A stretch of DNA of 64,000 nucleotides, taken from the NCBI RefSeq assembly GCF_003918875.1, contig NW_025764891.1:4340001-4404000 (forward strand), read 5' to 3'. Source of the DNA: Haliotis rubra. Taxonomy: Eukaryota. The notes under the pieces are model-generated. The model did no database searches, was not told the origin of the DNA, and was given only the letters and a program-made list of their open reading frames with translations. Both the position numbers and the translations under genes were made by a program. Positions 12,761 through 25,550 of this stretch are shown piece by piece. Every line of letters begins with the position of its first letter. Within the stretch, counting starts at the first letter, position 1.

Positions 12761-13591
12761 CCCGGCTAACAATTTCACGTTGTCAAAACGTTATGCTTTC
12801 GTTGTTACAACGATTTTCTGTGGACTCTCAATTACGTTGTCACAACGTTGTGGCCTGACGTTGTGATACGTCATTTCTACGTCGCCACAAGGTTAACGTT
12901 ATTTGATGCTAACGTATTTTACGTTGTCTTAACGTTTCTGTTCCGAAGCTGTAGCTGAATAGTGAAGAAAGAATGTCAAATTTGAAAACTCTGTGACACC
13001 ATTTATAAGGAACGTTGTTATAACGCTGTGTTTAGTCCGAAGCATAACGTTTCCTCAACGTAAATTTGCAACGCTGTTATTACGTTGTGACATTTAGGAG
13101 ATAAACTTCATGTGTTGGCCAATTTCCGGGTGAAGTATTTGCCAGCACGGGAACATGATGTTTATCGACATTGTAAACACAAAAGTAAACCAAAAGGTCC
13201 ACACACGTTTTTGTGTCTGCACTCATTGACATCGTGTATGGGTACAGCAGTGAAATGTCATCAACCGGCCGTTTCGGCTGTCTCTCATGGGAGCATCTGG
13301 AACTGCTCATTTGTGACGTCATTCGGACTTTACGTCACAATATGATTTGAATGACGTCATCACTGCTGACGACGTAACAATACAATGGTGTGAGCGATGT
13401 TTGTATGTATTAATACGCAGCGAATTTCCGGGAATCGAATACCATTTGATCACGTTTTTCAACCAATCAGATTAAAGAACACAGTGACTTTTGGTTTACA
13501 ATACTAGTACGTTATAAAATGACGTAATACTAACGTTGTGTCAAGACGTTACCAATCTGCAACCTTCCCACGACGTTGTGTGTTGGCTGGG
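12761..13591. mobile_element. Non-autonomous CACTA/EnSpm-like element
   Basis: Termini cccggctaaca and tgttggctggg, 2-bp AA TSD, many subterminal (a)acgtt(g) motifs. Confidence 0.6.
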
Positions 13592-13950
13592 AAGACCCAA
13601 AGGTGCTACAGACCGGAACTCGACCAAAGTGATACAATGCAATAGACAAGTTAACACTCCCCAAGCTGAATTCACATGTGTGTGGTGTTGGGTTTAATTT
13701 GTTAATCACTAACCGCTAAAGAAGAAAGTCATTCTCTACAGCTATCAGTTTATAACTTTTGGAGGAGTGTGAGCGAGTTACGTTTTACGCTGCTTTTAGC
13801 AATATTCCAGTAATATCACGGCAGTGGAACACCATAAATGGGCTTCAAACATTGTACCAAAATGGAGATTATTGTCTCCGACAAGTCGTCTGCGTTAGAG
13901 AAATGGTGCCAAATGTTTTCCAAGTGAGCATAGTTGACTCATAACCCGAA

Positions 13951-14105
13951 AGTGAATGAGTGAGCATAGCTTTACGCCATTTTTAGCATTATTCCAGCAA
14001 TATTACGGCAGGGGACACCAGAAATTAGCTTCACACATTGTACCCATCTGAGGAATCGAACCTGGGTCTTCGGCGTGACGAGCGAACGCTTTAACCGCTA
14101 GGCCC
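13951..14105 (-). mobile_element. SINE family A (partial copies at 13765-13865, 14515-14666, 14822-14915)
   Basis: Consensus match. Confidence 0.82.
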
Positions 14106-16126
14106 CACATGTCACGAGGACTGGAGCACACAATATTTTAAGTCAGTTGGTACGGGCTATAACTCGGTGATAAATGGAGATGTGGCAGTGACAGTTCCTG
14201 AAACATGTCGTTCATCTACTGAACTGTAGCAAAACCGGAAAAACTGGTAGCGTCATGCGTAATACATTTACACGACCTTTCCACACACTATTCTATTTAC
14301 TTTGCATAGCGTGTCCAAAAATCGACTGAAGTAGAAATGCCATGAAAAGCAATTTCAACACGAATTAGCCCATGCAGCCACTAGGGCGTGGGAGTTTATG
14401 ATGCGTTCGATTAACAAGAATTTAGAAACCGCGTTGTTCAGGGAAGCGGACCAGGGTCTCTCTGTCCTACATATTCCAACAGACACAGGCCGCATCGGCG
14501 AAACCACAAGGAAGAGTGAGTATGGTTTTACGCCGCTTTTTGCAATATTCCAGCAATATTACGGCGGGGGACACCAGAAATGGGCTTCACACATAGAGCC
14601 CATGTGGGGAATTGAACTCGGGTCTTGACGAGCAGGCGCTTTAACCACTTGGCTATCCCACCGCCACGACGGATTAGAGACACAGCCAATCTTGAAATGG
14701 AACCACGACCAGCGGACCCATGTCCGTTAAGGAATTACGATGCCGCATGATTGGACGGCATTACCACCCGTAGCCATAGTAATATGGGATATGGGGTCAT
14801 CAATAAATCACATTTTACGAATGAGTGTGTGAGTGAGTTTAGTTTTACGCCGCTTTTAGCAATATTCCAGCAATATCACCAGTAATGGGCCTCACATATT
14901 GTACCCATGTGGGGTTTTACGAATGAAAGAATTAGAAACCAACTTAAACAGAAATAACCATGAGGTATTCCGTTGATGGGTTTAGACAAAAAATATGTTT
15001 GTGAAAAAACATGGAACACGGTTCATTATACGCTTAATATTAAGGGCTCTAATATTCCCACGTGCTACAGGATATAACAAAGCCCAAAGGTTCTTGGTCT
15101 TGTGCAGATTGGCATGGTAATGTGCAGCTATTTTCTGGTATTAACACAACCCTTATTTCTCTGGATAATGAATCTTACCCTAAAACAAATCTCATGACAA
15201 GAAACGTCAGTATATGTCTCGCGTCAGATGCCGACATTCCACTAAGGACAAAATTGTTTTCGTTGAAATAAATTTCAATAATATTAGACAATTAAACAGT
15301 CTTAATACAATAACTCCATGATAATCAAACTCAACATCAGACAACAAACACTCCCCGACATGTTCATATTTGCCCGTATTCCAATAGCACGATAAGCGTC
15401 TTCTATGTCAAGCTCAGGTTAATTTGTCCACGTATTTAAGAAACAGACTATAGCTGACCCACTTGGAATCTAATTAAATGTCAAAAGTTTGTTTTCTCAA
15501 ATTCCCCACAAGATGTTGACATCACCAACAAGAACGCTAATCTGCAGCAGTAACCATGTCGTATTAACCAACTGCTCCGTTCGTACACGATGTATGAAAG
15601 ATCCCAAGGTCACGAAAACAGGTTTCAAAATGAAGCTGAAACCAAAGGAGCTGTTTTGCTGTAAAAATACCGCTGAGTCAACATCCACGTGGAGTTTTCC
15701 TGCCCAAACCTCCCCCAGTTGGATGTAGTTGTCGAGAAGCCCGGGAACAGTTTTGTTCGAGATGCTTGTGAAGATGGGTGACACGACCCTCGACGACTGG
15801 AGGACGCCGTGCATGGAGAAAGTGCATTCAATGCATTCATCTCACATCGCCCGCATCTCCGAGATAACCATCCTGCCTGTCGAGTGTCTCCATCACACAT
15901 GGGGATGAACAAGGTGCTCGTTTTCGTAAAATGTGTCAAAACTTTAGAGTGCTATCTTAAGAAATCTTTAATCGAAATCCGACATTTTAACATTTAGAAA
16001 AGTTGCCAGAGTTTGACAGTAACTGATTTAGATCGGAATGGCGTGATTGAACACAAGACGGGATTGTTTTAAACATTATATTGAATCTAGTGACGTTTGT
16101 TTCATGCGAAATAGAGAGTGCTAGGG

Positions 16127-16285
16127 AGTGAGTTCGGTTTTAAACCGTTTTTAGCAATATTCCAGCAATATCACGGCTGGGAACACCATAAATGGGCTTC
16201 ACACATTGTGCCCATGTGGGGAATCGAACCTGGATCTTCGGCGTGACGAGTAAACGCATTAACCACTTGGCTACCCCACCGCTCC
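16127..16285 (-). mobile_element. SINE family A
   Basis: Consensus match. Confidence 0.85.
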
Positions 16286-16426
16286 ATAGAGAGTGAGAGA
16301 GAATGAGAAGGAAACTGCAGTGCTACAACCATCCGTCCATAAAGGCCAAAGCTCTGTCTCTGCATATACATGATACGTACACACTTAACGTGGCTAGAAA
16401 CAATATATACTGAAAACGAGCTCAAG

Positions 16427-16591
16427 TGAGTGAGTGAGTTTGGTTTTACGCCGCTTTTAGCAATATTCCAGCAATATCATGGTGGGGGACACCAGAAATG
16501 GGCTTAACACATTGTACCCATGTGGGGAATCGAACCCGGGTCTCCGGCGTGACGAGCGAACGCCTTAACCACTAGGCTATCCCACCACCCC
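16427..16591 (-). mobile_element. SINE family A
   Basis: TSD gaaaacgagctcaag. Confidence 0.9.
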
Positions 16592-18130
16592 GAAAACGAG
16601 CTCAAGAGCGATGGGAGATTCAGAGCCTTTTGAAAATGTAGACTTGCCTCATTTTGGATAATGTACAGTAATTAACTGTGTCTGCACAATCGCCAGGCCA
16701 AGGCTAATTATCGAGAAAATTGTGGATACGAAGCTTCATTCCATACTCGTTATAACGCTCTTTCCCTCGAGTAGCACGTCTTATAACAGGTTGGTAAACG
16801 AATGCTCTTACCCCTTTTAGAAGTAATCAGAAGCTAGTATGTTTTGCAAAAGCATTTTTGTCCAGTTTTCAAAGCCGCTCATTCTACATGAAAAAAGTTT
16901 TTATTATCGATTCTGGTATTTCGTCGACATGCCTTGGCAACCAACGTCTGCATCAACAGCAACGCAGGTGCCGCCGATATGAAACTAATTGAAGCTGCAA
17001 ACATCGGGTCGCAACAAGCAGGTTATAAATGACATTAAATGTCAACTGTACCTTAATGAAACTCGAGGTTATGTCATTTCCAACTTCAAAGTACGCAAAC
17101 ACTGTGTTCGAATTAAATGGTGTTATGGTGTTCGGGTGTCTAGAAGAGGTTGGGTTGAGATGGAATCTTATCAAGTGAGAGAGTGATTTGGGTTTAACGT
17201 CGCTTTGAGCAGCATCATCAGTGAGTGAGTGAGTGAATGAATGTGGTTTAACGCCGGCTTTAGCAACATTCCAGCAATTTCACGGAGGGCACACCAGAAA
17301 TGGACACAATGTACCCATATGGTGAATCGAACCCGAGTCTTCTACGTGACAAGAAGCAGATTCCGAGATATATCCTTCCGTGTCTGGTTGTTGTGGGAGG
17401 AGATCCCGAAGGTCTTCAGGTCCCAGACGTTAACCGTGGTGCGGTGCTGACAACCTAGAAACATAATTAGGCTGAAGCGGGAGTCAACCCATACCTGTAG
17501 GTAGCAGGCGTGCCTTAGGGAGATAACTCTGTAAGATAATTGCTGGGCCTTTGATCACTGGGCCACCTGTGCTCAGGATAACTTGTTACGTTCTAAAACC
17601 ACGAGTGTACGTTTCAACATAGCACAGATGGGATGGCACTCGGTTTCAATCATGTCCAGTCGGACTATTTGTCAGATAAAGGATCACGTGAATACAGCTC
17701 AATATTAAATAGATACGGTACACCAATTTCAATTGTTACTTTGAATTAATCTGAACATTATACACTCGCATTTAATACTGTTTGATTTTATCAGTTTGGG
17801 ACGCACATGTTGCCGATAAATTTCTCTTGGTACTGCTCCTGACACAAACGATGACGTAAATGTTTCCCAATCGGTACCTTTCCATACCTTTACGGAAATA
17901 TCGGTATAGATTAGCCGGACCTGCACTAGAATTAGAAGTAGGGGAAGAAGTAACAGATACATACACCCCCCACCCCCAATACAAGCATATACTTAGATAT
18001 ATAAAGAAACGCAAATAAGTCCACCAATGCAGCGCTAACATCAAGTGATAGAAGGGGGAGGAACTCCACACGCACACGCACCCCTTCACTCCAATTACGA
18101 AGTTAATTTAAAAAACCCCAACATCTCTGT

Positions 18131-18170
<40 letters not shown>

Positions 18171-19115
18171 CCACGACAAAAATAGTAAGCACACACACAA
18201 AACAAAACAATACTCGGCGGGCCAAGTGGTTGTAGCGTTCGCTCGTCACGGAGAAGGCCCGGGTTCGATCCCCTTATGAGTATAATGTTTGAAGCCAAGC
18301 TCATTTTTGGTCACCCTCGCCGTGATATTTTGGGGCCATTGCCCATTCACCAATTACGCCAAATGCGTCGCTTTAAATGTAGGTATAGTCAACATCCTCT
18401 AAAACGCATAGAGCTCGTACTTCGGATAACTCGATATGGAGTTCGACTTTACTGTTTCGTTGTCGTAATTTCATATTCAGTCATCCATTCTCACAAAAGC
18501 GCTGATAAAGCAAAACATTTTTAGGCCATGGAAAAACAACCCATGCTACACACTACACGTGTACACATTATATATGGGCCAGCGTGTCACTTCAAGATAC
18601 AATCACACATTCCGATATGAAGGGTTGTGTTGAAGTGGTAACTCGGTCACTTCACTACTAAAACACATAGTGCTTGTGACTATAAAGAGAATGCTCAGTG
18701 ACCTGTGTAAGCGCTATGTACGAGGGTCCCACTGATCTTGTAATTTACGATTGCTCCTGTGAGAATATAATGCCGTAAATGTCACTCTGCTTTCATCTCT
18801 GTAGAAGCAGTATGCAAAGTGTCCGGCGAGTTTCACAAGTACACAAATGTACGCCATTGTACGTCCACTATTACGGTAGTCCCAATGTAATGGCGCTGAC
18901 CTTTTGACTTACTATTTACAGGGTGTAAACATACAAAAGCAATGAACTGTTAGCACAGTAACCACAATTAATGGGGCATTTTATTCAGTTTTATTACAAG
19001 GTTACATTCAACGGAACATTGCAGGCTGCCACGTGATGTACCTACCGAGAGTCGTCCAGATAAACGGGTTCTGGGTTTAGGATACAAGGAGAGATCATAA
19101 CATAATCGGAAATGT

Positions 19116-19288
19116 NNNNNNNNNNNNNNNNNNNNNNNNNNNNNNNNNNNNNNNNNNNNNNNNNNNNNNNNNNNNNNNNNNNNNNNNNNNNNNNNNNNNN
19201 NNNNNNNNNNNNNNNNNNNNNNNNNNNNNNNNNNNNNNNNNNNNNNNNNNNNNNNNNNNNNNNNNNNNNNNNNNNNNNNNNNNNNNNN
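19116..19288. other. Assembly gap (173 N)
   Basis: Run of N. Confidence 1.
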
Positions 19289-22037
19289 GCGGTGCACACG
19301 TCGTGCGTGCGTATATATGTATGTGTGTATGTATATAGATGTGTATATATACATACGTGTTTTATACATATATATAAAATTATCAAAACTAAATTTTAGT
19401 TCATTTTTTGTTTGTTTCAGATCTACTGCGTTTTGAGGTAAGATTTGATAACAGAGCACAAATAATATCTCCCCCTTTTGTACGAATACAGTTAAGTCAA
19501 AGGTGAGTGTCAAACAAAACTATCGTAAATACTGATTAATCTATATACTAGTATCTTTCAAGAAGAAGTCTTGCAACAAGAACTATGACGACTTCGGCAC
19601 CAAACAACAACATTTACACCTGTACAAATTGAATGCATGTGCATACTTAATTTATGCATCAGGTAGACATATAGAGCGCACGTAACCACACGATACACGT
19701 GACTGTACTGTACGACTGTTTGCGAAAGGTGTTTGGTTTGTCTTAATGAAGCCGTTCAAAAAAGGTCCACCTTCAAAACCAAGAACCAATATGCACGGGT
19801 TAGCGGAAGGATCTCCTTGGACTTATGTCCCTCAACGCTACGTGTAAACACAGCCCTCGCCGAGAGACACAATGTAAAGGTAGGTGAGAACTTCAGACGG
19901 GAATATGTACACGAATCACCACAATTACATAACCATTACTTTAAGGAGTGTAGGAGGGTTTTCTTTCACTCCGGCAGATCTATTATTATACGGGGCAGAG
20001 AAATTGCTATGACTGTATGTTGTCGTCTGACATCCGGGTAAGTTGAATGTCGATGATGTCTATAACGACTCCCCCACCCCTCCCTCCCAAACCTCCCTCC
20101 CGTCCCCAAACCTCAATCCAACCTCCATCTGCTAATATTCAGTCCATGAAAACATTCAAAGCAGTAACTTACTCATTTTGTCAGTCAAAATATATGAACA
20201 AACGGAGAAAATGTATCACCTAGAAACGTCACCCAATTTTTCTTCATTTATAATAAATAATTAATATATGTCATTGTTAAAAAGCAGCGAATCTGAATCT
20301 ACTTGTATACTCCTGGTAACATTCGAAATTATCGCTTTTCGAAAGTAATTTCACACCGAGCGGCTGTTATATTTCACTGAACACAGAAATCCTCTCGCTC
20401 ATGACAGTAATTTGATTCAGTGGCTGTGCCTCGAGTCCTGCCGTTCGTATTGTGCTCTAAACAAATCTGTGGTTAGCGAATGTTCCCAGGGATTATATTA
20501 TCACACAATGGAGCTATAATACACCGCATAATCTAAGATGTATCACGATGTGCCCATCAACAATGGACTTCATACATTGCAACCATCCTTGGGATCGAAC
20601 CAGGGTCTATGTCGTGACAAGCGAACACCTTACCTACTTGGCGACACGAAGTCCGTAGTTAGATAAAAACGTCGATCAATAACTGAAACGGTTAACTTTA
20701 TGTGAATTCAGTCGTTGAAATCAGGGCACGTTTGTTGGCAACTCTTGTGCAAGAGCTAGAAATGAGGTCCATTTCTATACAGCTCTCAGACCCGGAAATT
20801 TCTATCTGACTATGTAAATGTTCTTGAACCATGTTTACTGAGAATGGGTTTGAATATGGGAGACCTTGTACGCCCTTATCAGAAAATCCATCTCGAACCG
20901 GCTGTTTCATACTGATGTGTACCAGTATCTCGACTTAAGTCACAAACGAAGGGCTAATGACTTATGCACGTAATAGAGACTGTAACTAAATTCGTATAAT
21001 TTTTGCATTCAATTGCGTCTTATTAATCTAAAGTTTAATCTAAACTGTTTTGATTTGAGTTTATTATCACGATCATGGGCAATGCAACGTTTTCAACGGT
21101 GTTTCTTTATCGACAAAATCGACCATTGCCCCATTAGGTAATTTCTGTTTCAGCACTGTTCAACTCTGGGAAACAGGGGTATTGGCCATCAGAAACCGTT
21201 TCGTCGAGAACGCTGTTTGCTTTCTTCAGTGGCTACAAGAACATGATGAATGTTTGCTGAAGCAAGATCTGAAATTTATAGAACGTTGTAAAAATGCCGG
21301 CCGCATTTTAAGATAGTCAATTGCTTCACCCGTGGGTGTTTGATGGACACTAAAGGCCCTTTCAATGCCATTTAAGAAATATGACAAAAAAAACCCCTCA
21401 GAACTTGAAAGATATTTTTATTAATTAATATTATATTGATGAACGATTCATTACACCTGTGTTTCACTTCCAAAGATTTTACTGATTTCTGTGCAAGTCA
21501 GACTGCTGAAAGTGTAAATATTAATAGTAAAACTTATCTCATGGTCTGGTCCATTCACAATGCATCAGATTCAATTCACAAGTCAGTGGTCACAACCCCT
21601 TAAAAATCAACCAACCATCGCTTCCTACCGGGTACCCATAGAGGCAAATATCTTTCTAACGCTACCTCAAGTAGAATACACAGGACCAGTACAAAAGCTC
21701 TTCCCAACAAGAAAATGCCACATTCACTGCAAGAGCATGTAAATACATTGCTAGTGTTTCAACTGGTTTACGAAGAATGTTTGTTATTTCGTAACATTGT
21801 GTATGGAATGATTGCTAAGCTCTCATCTGTTATCGGCTGTTTTTCAGGCATGTCATAGTCAGTAAATTCGAAGTATAAGCGATGTTTGCTATGATGTTTA
21901 TCCGTGTTTCTAAAGAGCAGCTGTTAACAGTCGATTTCGTGGTAAGAAATAGAGTAGAGTCAAAATGTTTTAGGCCATCATTGTACCTTATTGTCTTAAT
22001 TCCTGACGTGAACCTAATAAAACATAGCCCTTGAAAT

Positions 22038-22203
22038 GTGAGTTAGTGAGTATGGTTTTACGGCGCTTTTAGCAATATTCCAGGAATATCACGGCGGGGG
22101 ACACCAGAAATGGGCTTTACACATTGTACCCATGTGGGGAATCGAACCCAGGTCTGCGGTGTGACGAGCGAACGCTTTAACCACTAGGCTACCCCACAGC
22201 CCC
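22038..22203 (-). mobile_element. SINE family A
   Basis: Consensus match. Confidence 0.88.
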
Positions 22204-23092
22204 AACTGACATAGTGGTGACCTGACCTGTAACGTGATACAGCAATATCACGTCATTTTGAAACATCCTTTTCAGTAACCTTTCATAAATGTAGGCAACA
22301 TACACAAATCAGTTAACAACAGACAATAAACTGGTTGAAACTATCACACCTTCCTGTTGTTAATGTTAGTTGAACTTTACTTTCCTGTGCATAATGTAAG
22401 CGAGGGCTTATGTGTTTCGGGCGAATCTGTCCCAGCATATTAGAATTGACCTTGGTAATATGTTTGAAAGGCAGTAAATATAAATACTTTGCCCTGACCG
22501 TGATCCCCGAAACCTATGATCGAACCCTGTACGCTGCAGGCAGCATGTTTATGTGTGGGCATGGCGGGGCATTGACGTGAATGAATATATAAGTTTTATT
22601 TCCGCGATATAATACATCAGCTATGTATTGCCCCACAGTTTGACTCCTGGGGGTTGCCAGGGCGGACCTGACCCACACAAAATTAAAGTTGCTCATTGGC
22701 GTCTCCTTTAGCAGTGAAATGATACCCCGTTTGGATGTTCAACTTCTAATGCTTCACCTTCTAGCGCCTCACCCGCAGCCTGGGTTGTAAACTCCCCAGG
22801 GAGTTGAGAATGAAAACAGTCTGTACACTGATCCATCGACCCGTGTCATAAGCGTGTAAAGCGCTAATGGGCAGCCTTGATGGATTGTTTGTTGTTTAAC
22901 GCCGCACTCAGCAATAGTCCAGCTATACGGCGACGATCTGTAAATAATAGAGTCTGGACCAGATAATCCAGTGATCAACAGCATGAGCATCGATCTACGC
23001 AATTGGAATACGATGACATGTGTCAACCAAGTCAGCGAGCCTGACCACCCGATCCCGTTAGTCGCCTCTTACGACAAGTATGTGTTACTGAA

Positions 23093-23197
23093 GGCTAACT
23101 TCTGTTTTGATTGACTCTTTATGTTCTTCCACTTTTTCTCTACCTCTTCTTTAGATCTGGGATGCAGACCAGCGGAGTTGATGGTTGCTGTAATAAC
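23093..23197 (-). CDS. Harbinger-type Myb/SANT-like protein, exon 2 (truncated)
   Basis: Acceptor tttcattcaactcaacag|, in frame with exon 1: VITATINSAGLHPRSKEEVEKKWKNIKSQSKQKLA (RS..EV.KKW.N.K helix), then runs into family B sequence. Confidence 0.8.
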
Positions 23198-23933
23198 CTG
23201 TTGAGTTGAATGAAAACTGTCAACCTTTCTTATGATATACATATGTTACTATCTGCTTATGAATTACTATGTCATGACCATAACTTGTTAGAAATCAACT
23301 ATATGTATTATGATTGTGGACAAATAAGAGGCAGAGCATTTGGGAGAAAGGATATTTTTATAAAATAGGATTTCCTAATTTTTTTATAAAAAGTAGGATT
23401 TCCTATTTTTTTAATTTTCCATATATTCTTGAAATCAATTGTTCTAAAGTTGATTACACTTATGATGATAATACCTTTAATAGATATCACTCAAAGCTTT
23501 CATATTTAGTCATATATTTATAAACTAGGATTTCCTAAAAAAAATATTAAAAAAGTAGGATTTCCTATTTTTAAATTTTCCATTGTTAGTAAACAAAACA
23601 CAGGAAATTTTACAAATATTCCTGACACTACATGCTGTAGCCTCATCAAACTATTTATTTGTATGAGGTCATGTTCGCTTAAAAAAACTTTTTCGTTCAT
23701 ACATGTTCCTTTCCTTCGTCGTGTGACCTCGGCTAATCATCACCTACACCTACTACATTTTTCCAGTGTTTGATGCATTTTGGGCTGTTTCATAGGCGTA
23801 CCAATGTAATTCAGAAAAGAGAACAGAAAATCGTACTTATTCAAAACAAATAAAAACTATGTGTGGCACGTAGTCTAAGACATTTCTGTATTCTTGACTA
23901 CACCTTGACAGTCGGACCCAATGTTTACATTAC

Positions 23934-24083
23934 CTGCCACGCCTCTTGCCGCTTCGCCGACGTCACGCCCGGACCAAACTTCCCTTCCAACACTCTGGCG
24001 TTTGTTTTCACGAGTTCTGTCAAAAGCAGGACCTCGTCTTTAGTCCAATTAGGTTTTCTCTTTTTTATCTCAGACTCCGACAT
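23934..24083 (-). CDS. Harbinger-type Myb/SANT-like DNA-binding protein, exon 1
   Basis: ATG at 24083: MSESEIKKRKPNWTKDEVLLLTELVKTNARVLEGKFGPGVTSAKRQEAWQ, then donor CAG|gtaatg. RKPNWT..E...L and KR.EAW are Myb_DNA-bind_5-type motifs. Absent from the ORF track. Confidence 0.85.
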
Positions 24084-24401
24084 ATTTTTCACAATGTATT
24101 ACCGCGGTATCTCAATGTGTCGTCTGCCGTAAATAGCAAAAGGGAGATCCCAACGAAAGCCATTTTCACACCTTTTTATAAAAGAGTTCCGCCGGAAGTC
24201 TAAAAATAACTCGGATTCACCCTAGTGATCACGCGGGTATGCACTACGAAAAAAACTTAGTTTGTCTTTGGAAACTTAGCTAAGTTTCTGACTTAGTAGC
24301 TTTATGAATAGCATCTTAAGTCTCAGACTTAGCTAAGTCAGTTTTAAAAAACTTAAGTTTGGACTTAGGAAAAATCTTAGTTTCTTTATGAATACCGCCC
24401 A

Positions 24402-24510
24402 GGGCCTAGATTTTCGAAGCTCTCTTAGCGCTAAGATAGTCGTAAGTGCCATACATTAACAGTAACTTACGACTATCTTAGCGCTAAGAGAGCTTCGAAA
24501 ATCTAGGCCC
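24402..24510. mobile_element. Palindromic MITE with 46-bp perfect arms
   Basis: gggcctagattttcgaagctctcttagcgctaagatagtcgtaagt (24402-24447) and its exact reverse complement (24465-24510), 17-nt spacer. Confidence 0.85.
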
Positions 24511-25299
24511 AATTCTATAATACTGAGCCAAAGTTTACTTTGACTGGATCTTCACGGGTAGCCTTGATGGAACTCATCGCGATATTTAAACATCATTATC
24601 ATGAATATCATCATTACTGAGATTTCATCATGGATAATTGAAAAACCCTGATATCAACGAAAATGGACTCTTATTGTCTATGCAATGAACGTTAAAAGAT
24701 CAAATTTGACATTTCATTTATATTTTTAAAACTAATACTCCATTTGTTACATCGTGTGAATGCATTTGTGCGTAATTATTTACTGATGCCATGGGAATAT
24801 TGCACAATATTGAATTAACACTTGACATCCAACTACGATTGTCATCCATGGAAAGGAACATTACTACATACAGATATATACTATTCACACTTTGCTAAGG
24901 ATCAAATCATGCATTCAACAGAAAACTATTATGTGGGGTCAAATTTGGTTTAAATACCTAAGCTTATTGTAAGCATGGATCCTTGGTTTCAGTATGTCAT
25001 TGCATCTTGTGGATCCCATACCTGCTATTGACATGTATTGTTTATTTGTCAATGACTCTTTCCATAAATTGCAAAATGGTTGATTGGTGCCATGAAAACC
25101 ATTTTTATGGTTACTCTTGTGTGAAGTGCATAAGGTTAGCTTAGATGACTATTTGCCTAATGAGGGGTTACCTTATTATTATTTATCCAGTTTTAAATGG
25201 ATACAATTTCAAATTATAAATCTACGTTTAAGTAAAGTTGTAAAGTTTTAAGATCCTTAGCAAAGTGTGAGTAGTATAGTTGCCAAATATTGCGCCAAG

Positions 25300-25550
25300 T
25301 GGGCGAGTGAGTGAGTTTAGGTTTACGCCGTACTCAGTAATATTCCAGCTATATGGCGGCGGTCTGTAAATAATCGAGTCTGGACCAGACAATCCAGTGA
25401 TCAACAGCATGAGCATCGATCTGCGCAATTGGGAACCGATGACATGTGTCAACCAGGTCAGAGAGCCTGACCACCCGATCCCGTTAGTCGCCTCTTACGA
25501 CAAGCATGGGTTACTGAAGATCAATATTCTAACCCGGACCTTCACGGGTC
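25300..25550 (-). mobile_element. Family B retroposon, full length
   Basis: 5' GACCCGTGAAGGTCC; TSD tattgcgccaag at 25288-25299 and 25551-25562. Confidence 0.88.

Larger units (their letters stand above)
23093..24400 (-). mobile_element. Truncated PIF/Harbinger DNA transposon
   Basis: Terminus GGGCGGTATTCATAAAG (minus strand) at 24400, subterminal ACTTAG/CTAAGT repeats, spliced Myb/SANT gene. Second TIR and transposase are absent. Confidence 0.75.
22885..24559 (-). mobile_element. Family B retroposon interrupted by the Harbinger fragment and the palindromic MITE
   Basis: Body at 22885-23093, 5' end acccgtgaagatcc at 24546-24559. TSD agccttgatgga at 22873-22884 and 24560-24571. Confidence 0.85.

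Noticed and set aside
18968-19513. ORFs spanning the N run
   Set aside because: Artefacts of the assembly gap.
25228-25452. Recurrent ORFs MTHVIGSQLRRSMLMLLITGLSGPDSIIY (also 5376, 22769, 59438)
   Set aside because: Translations of family B repeat copies from non-ATG starts, not a protein family.
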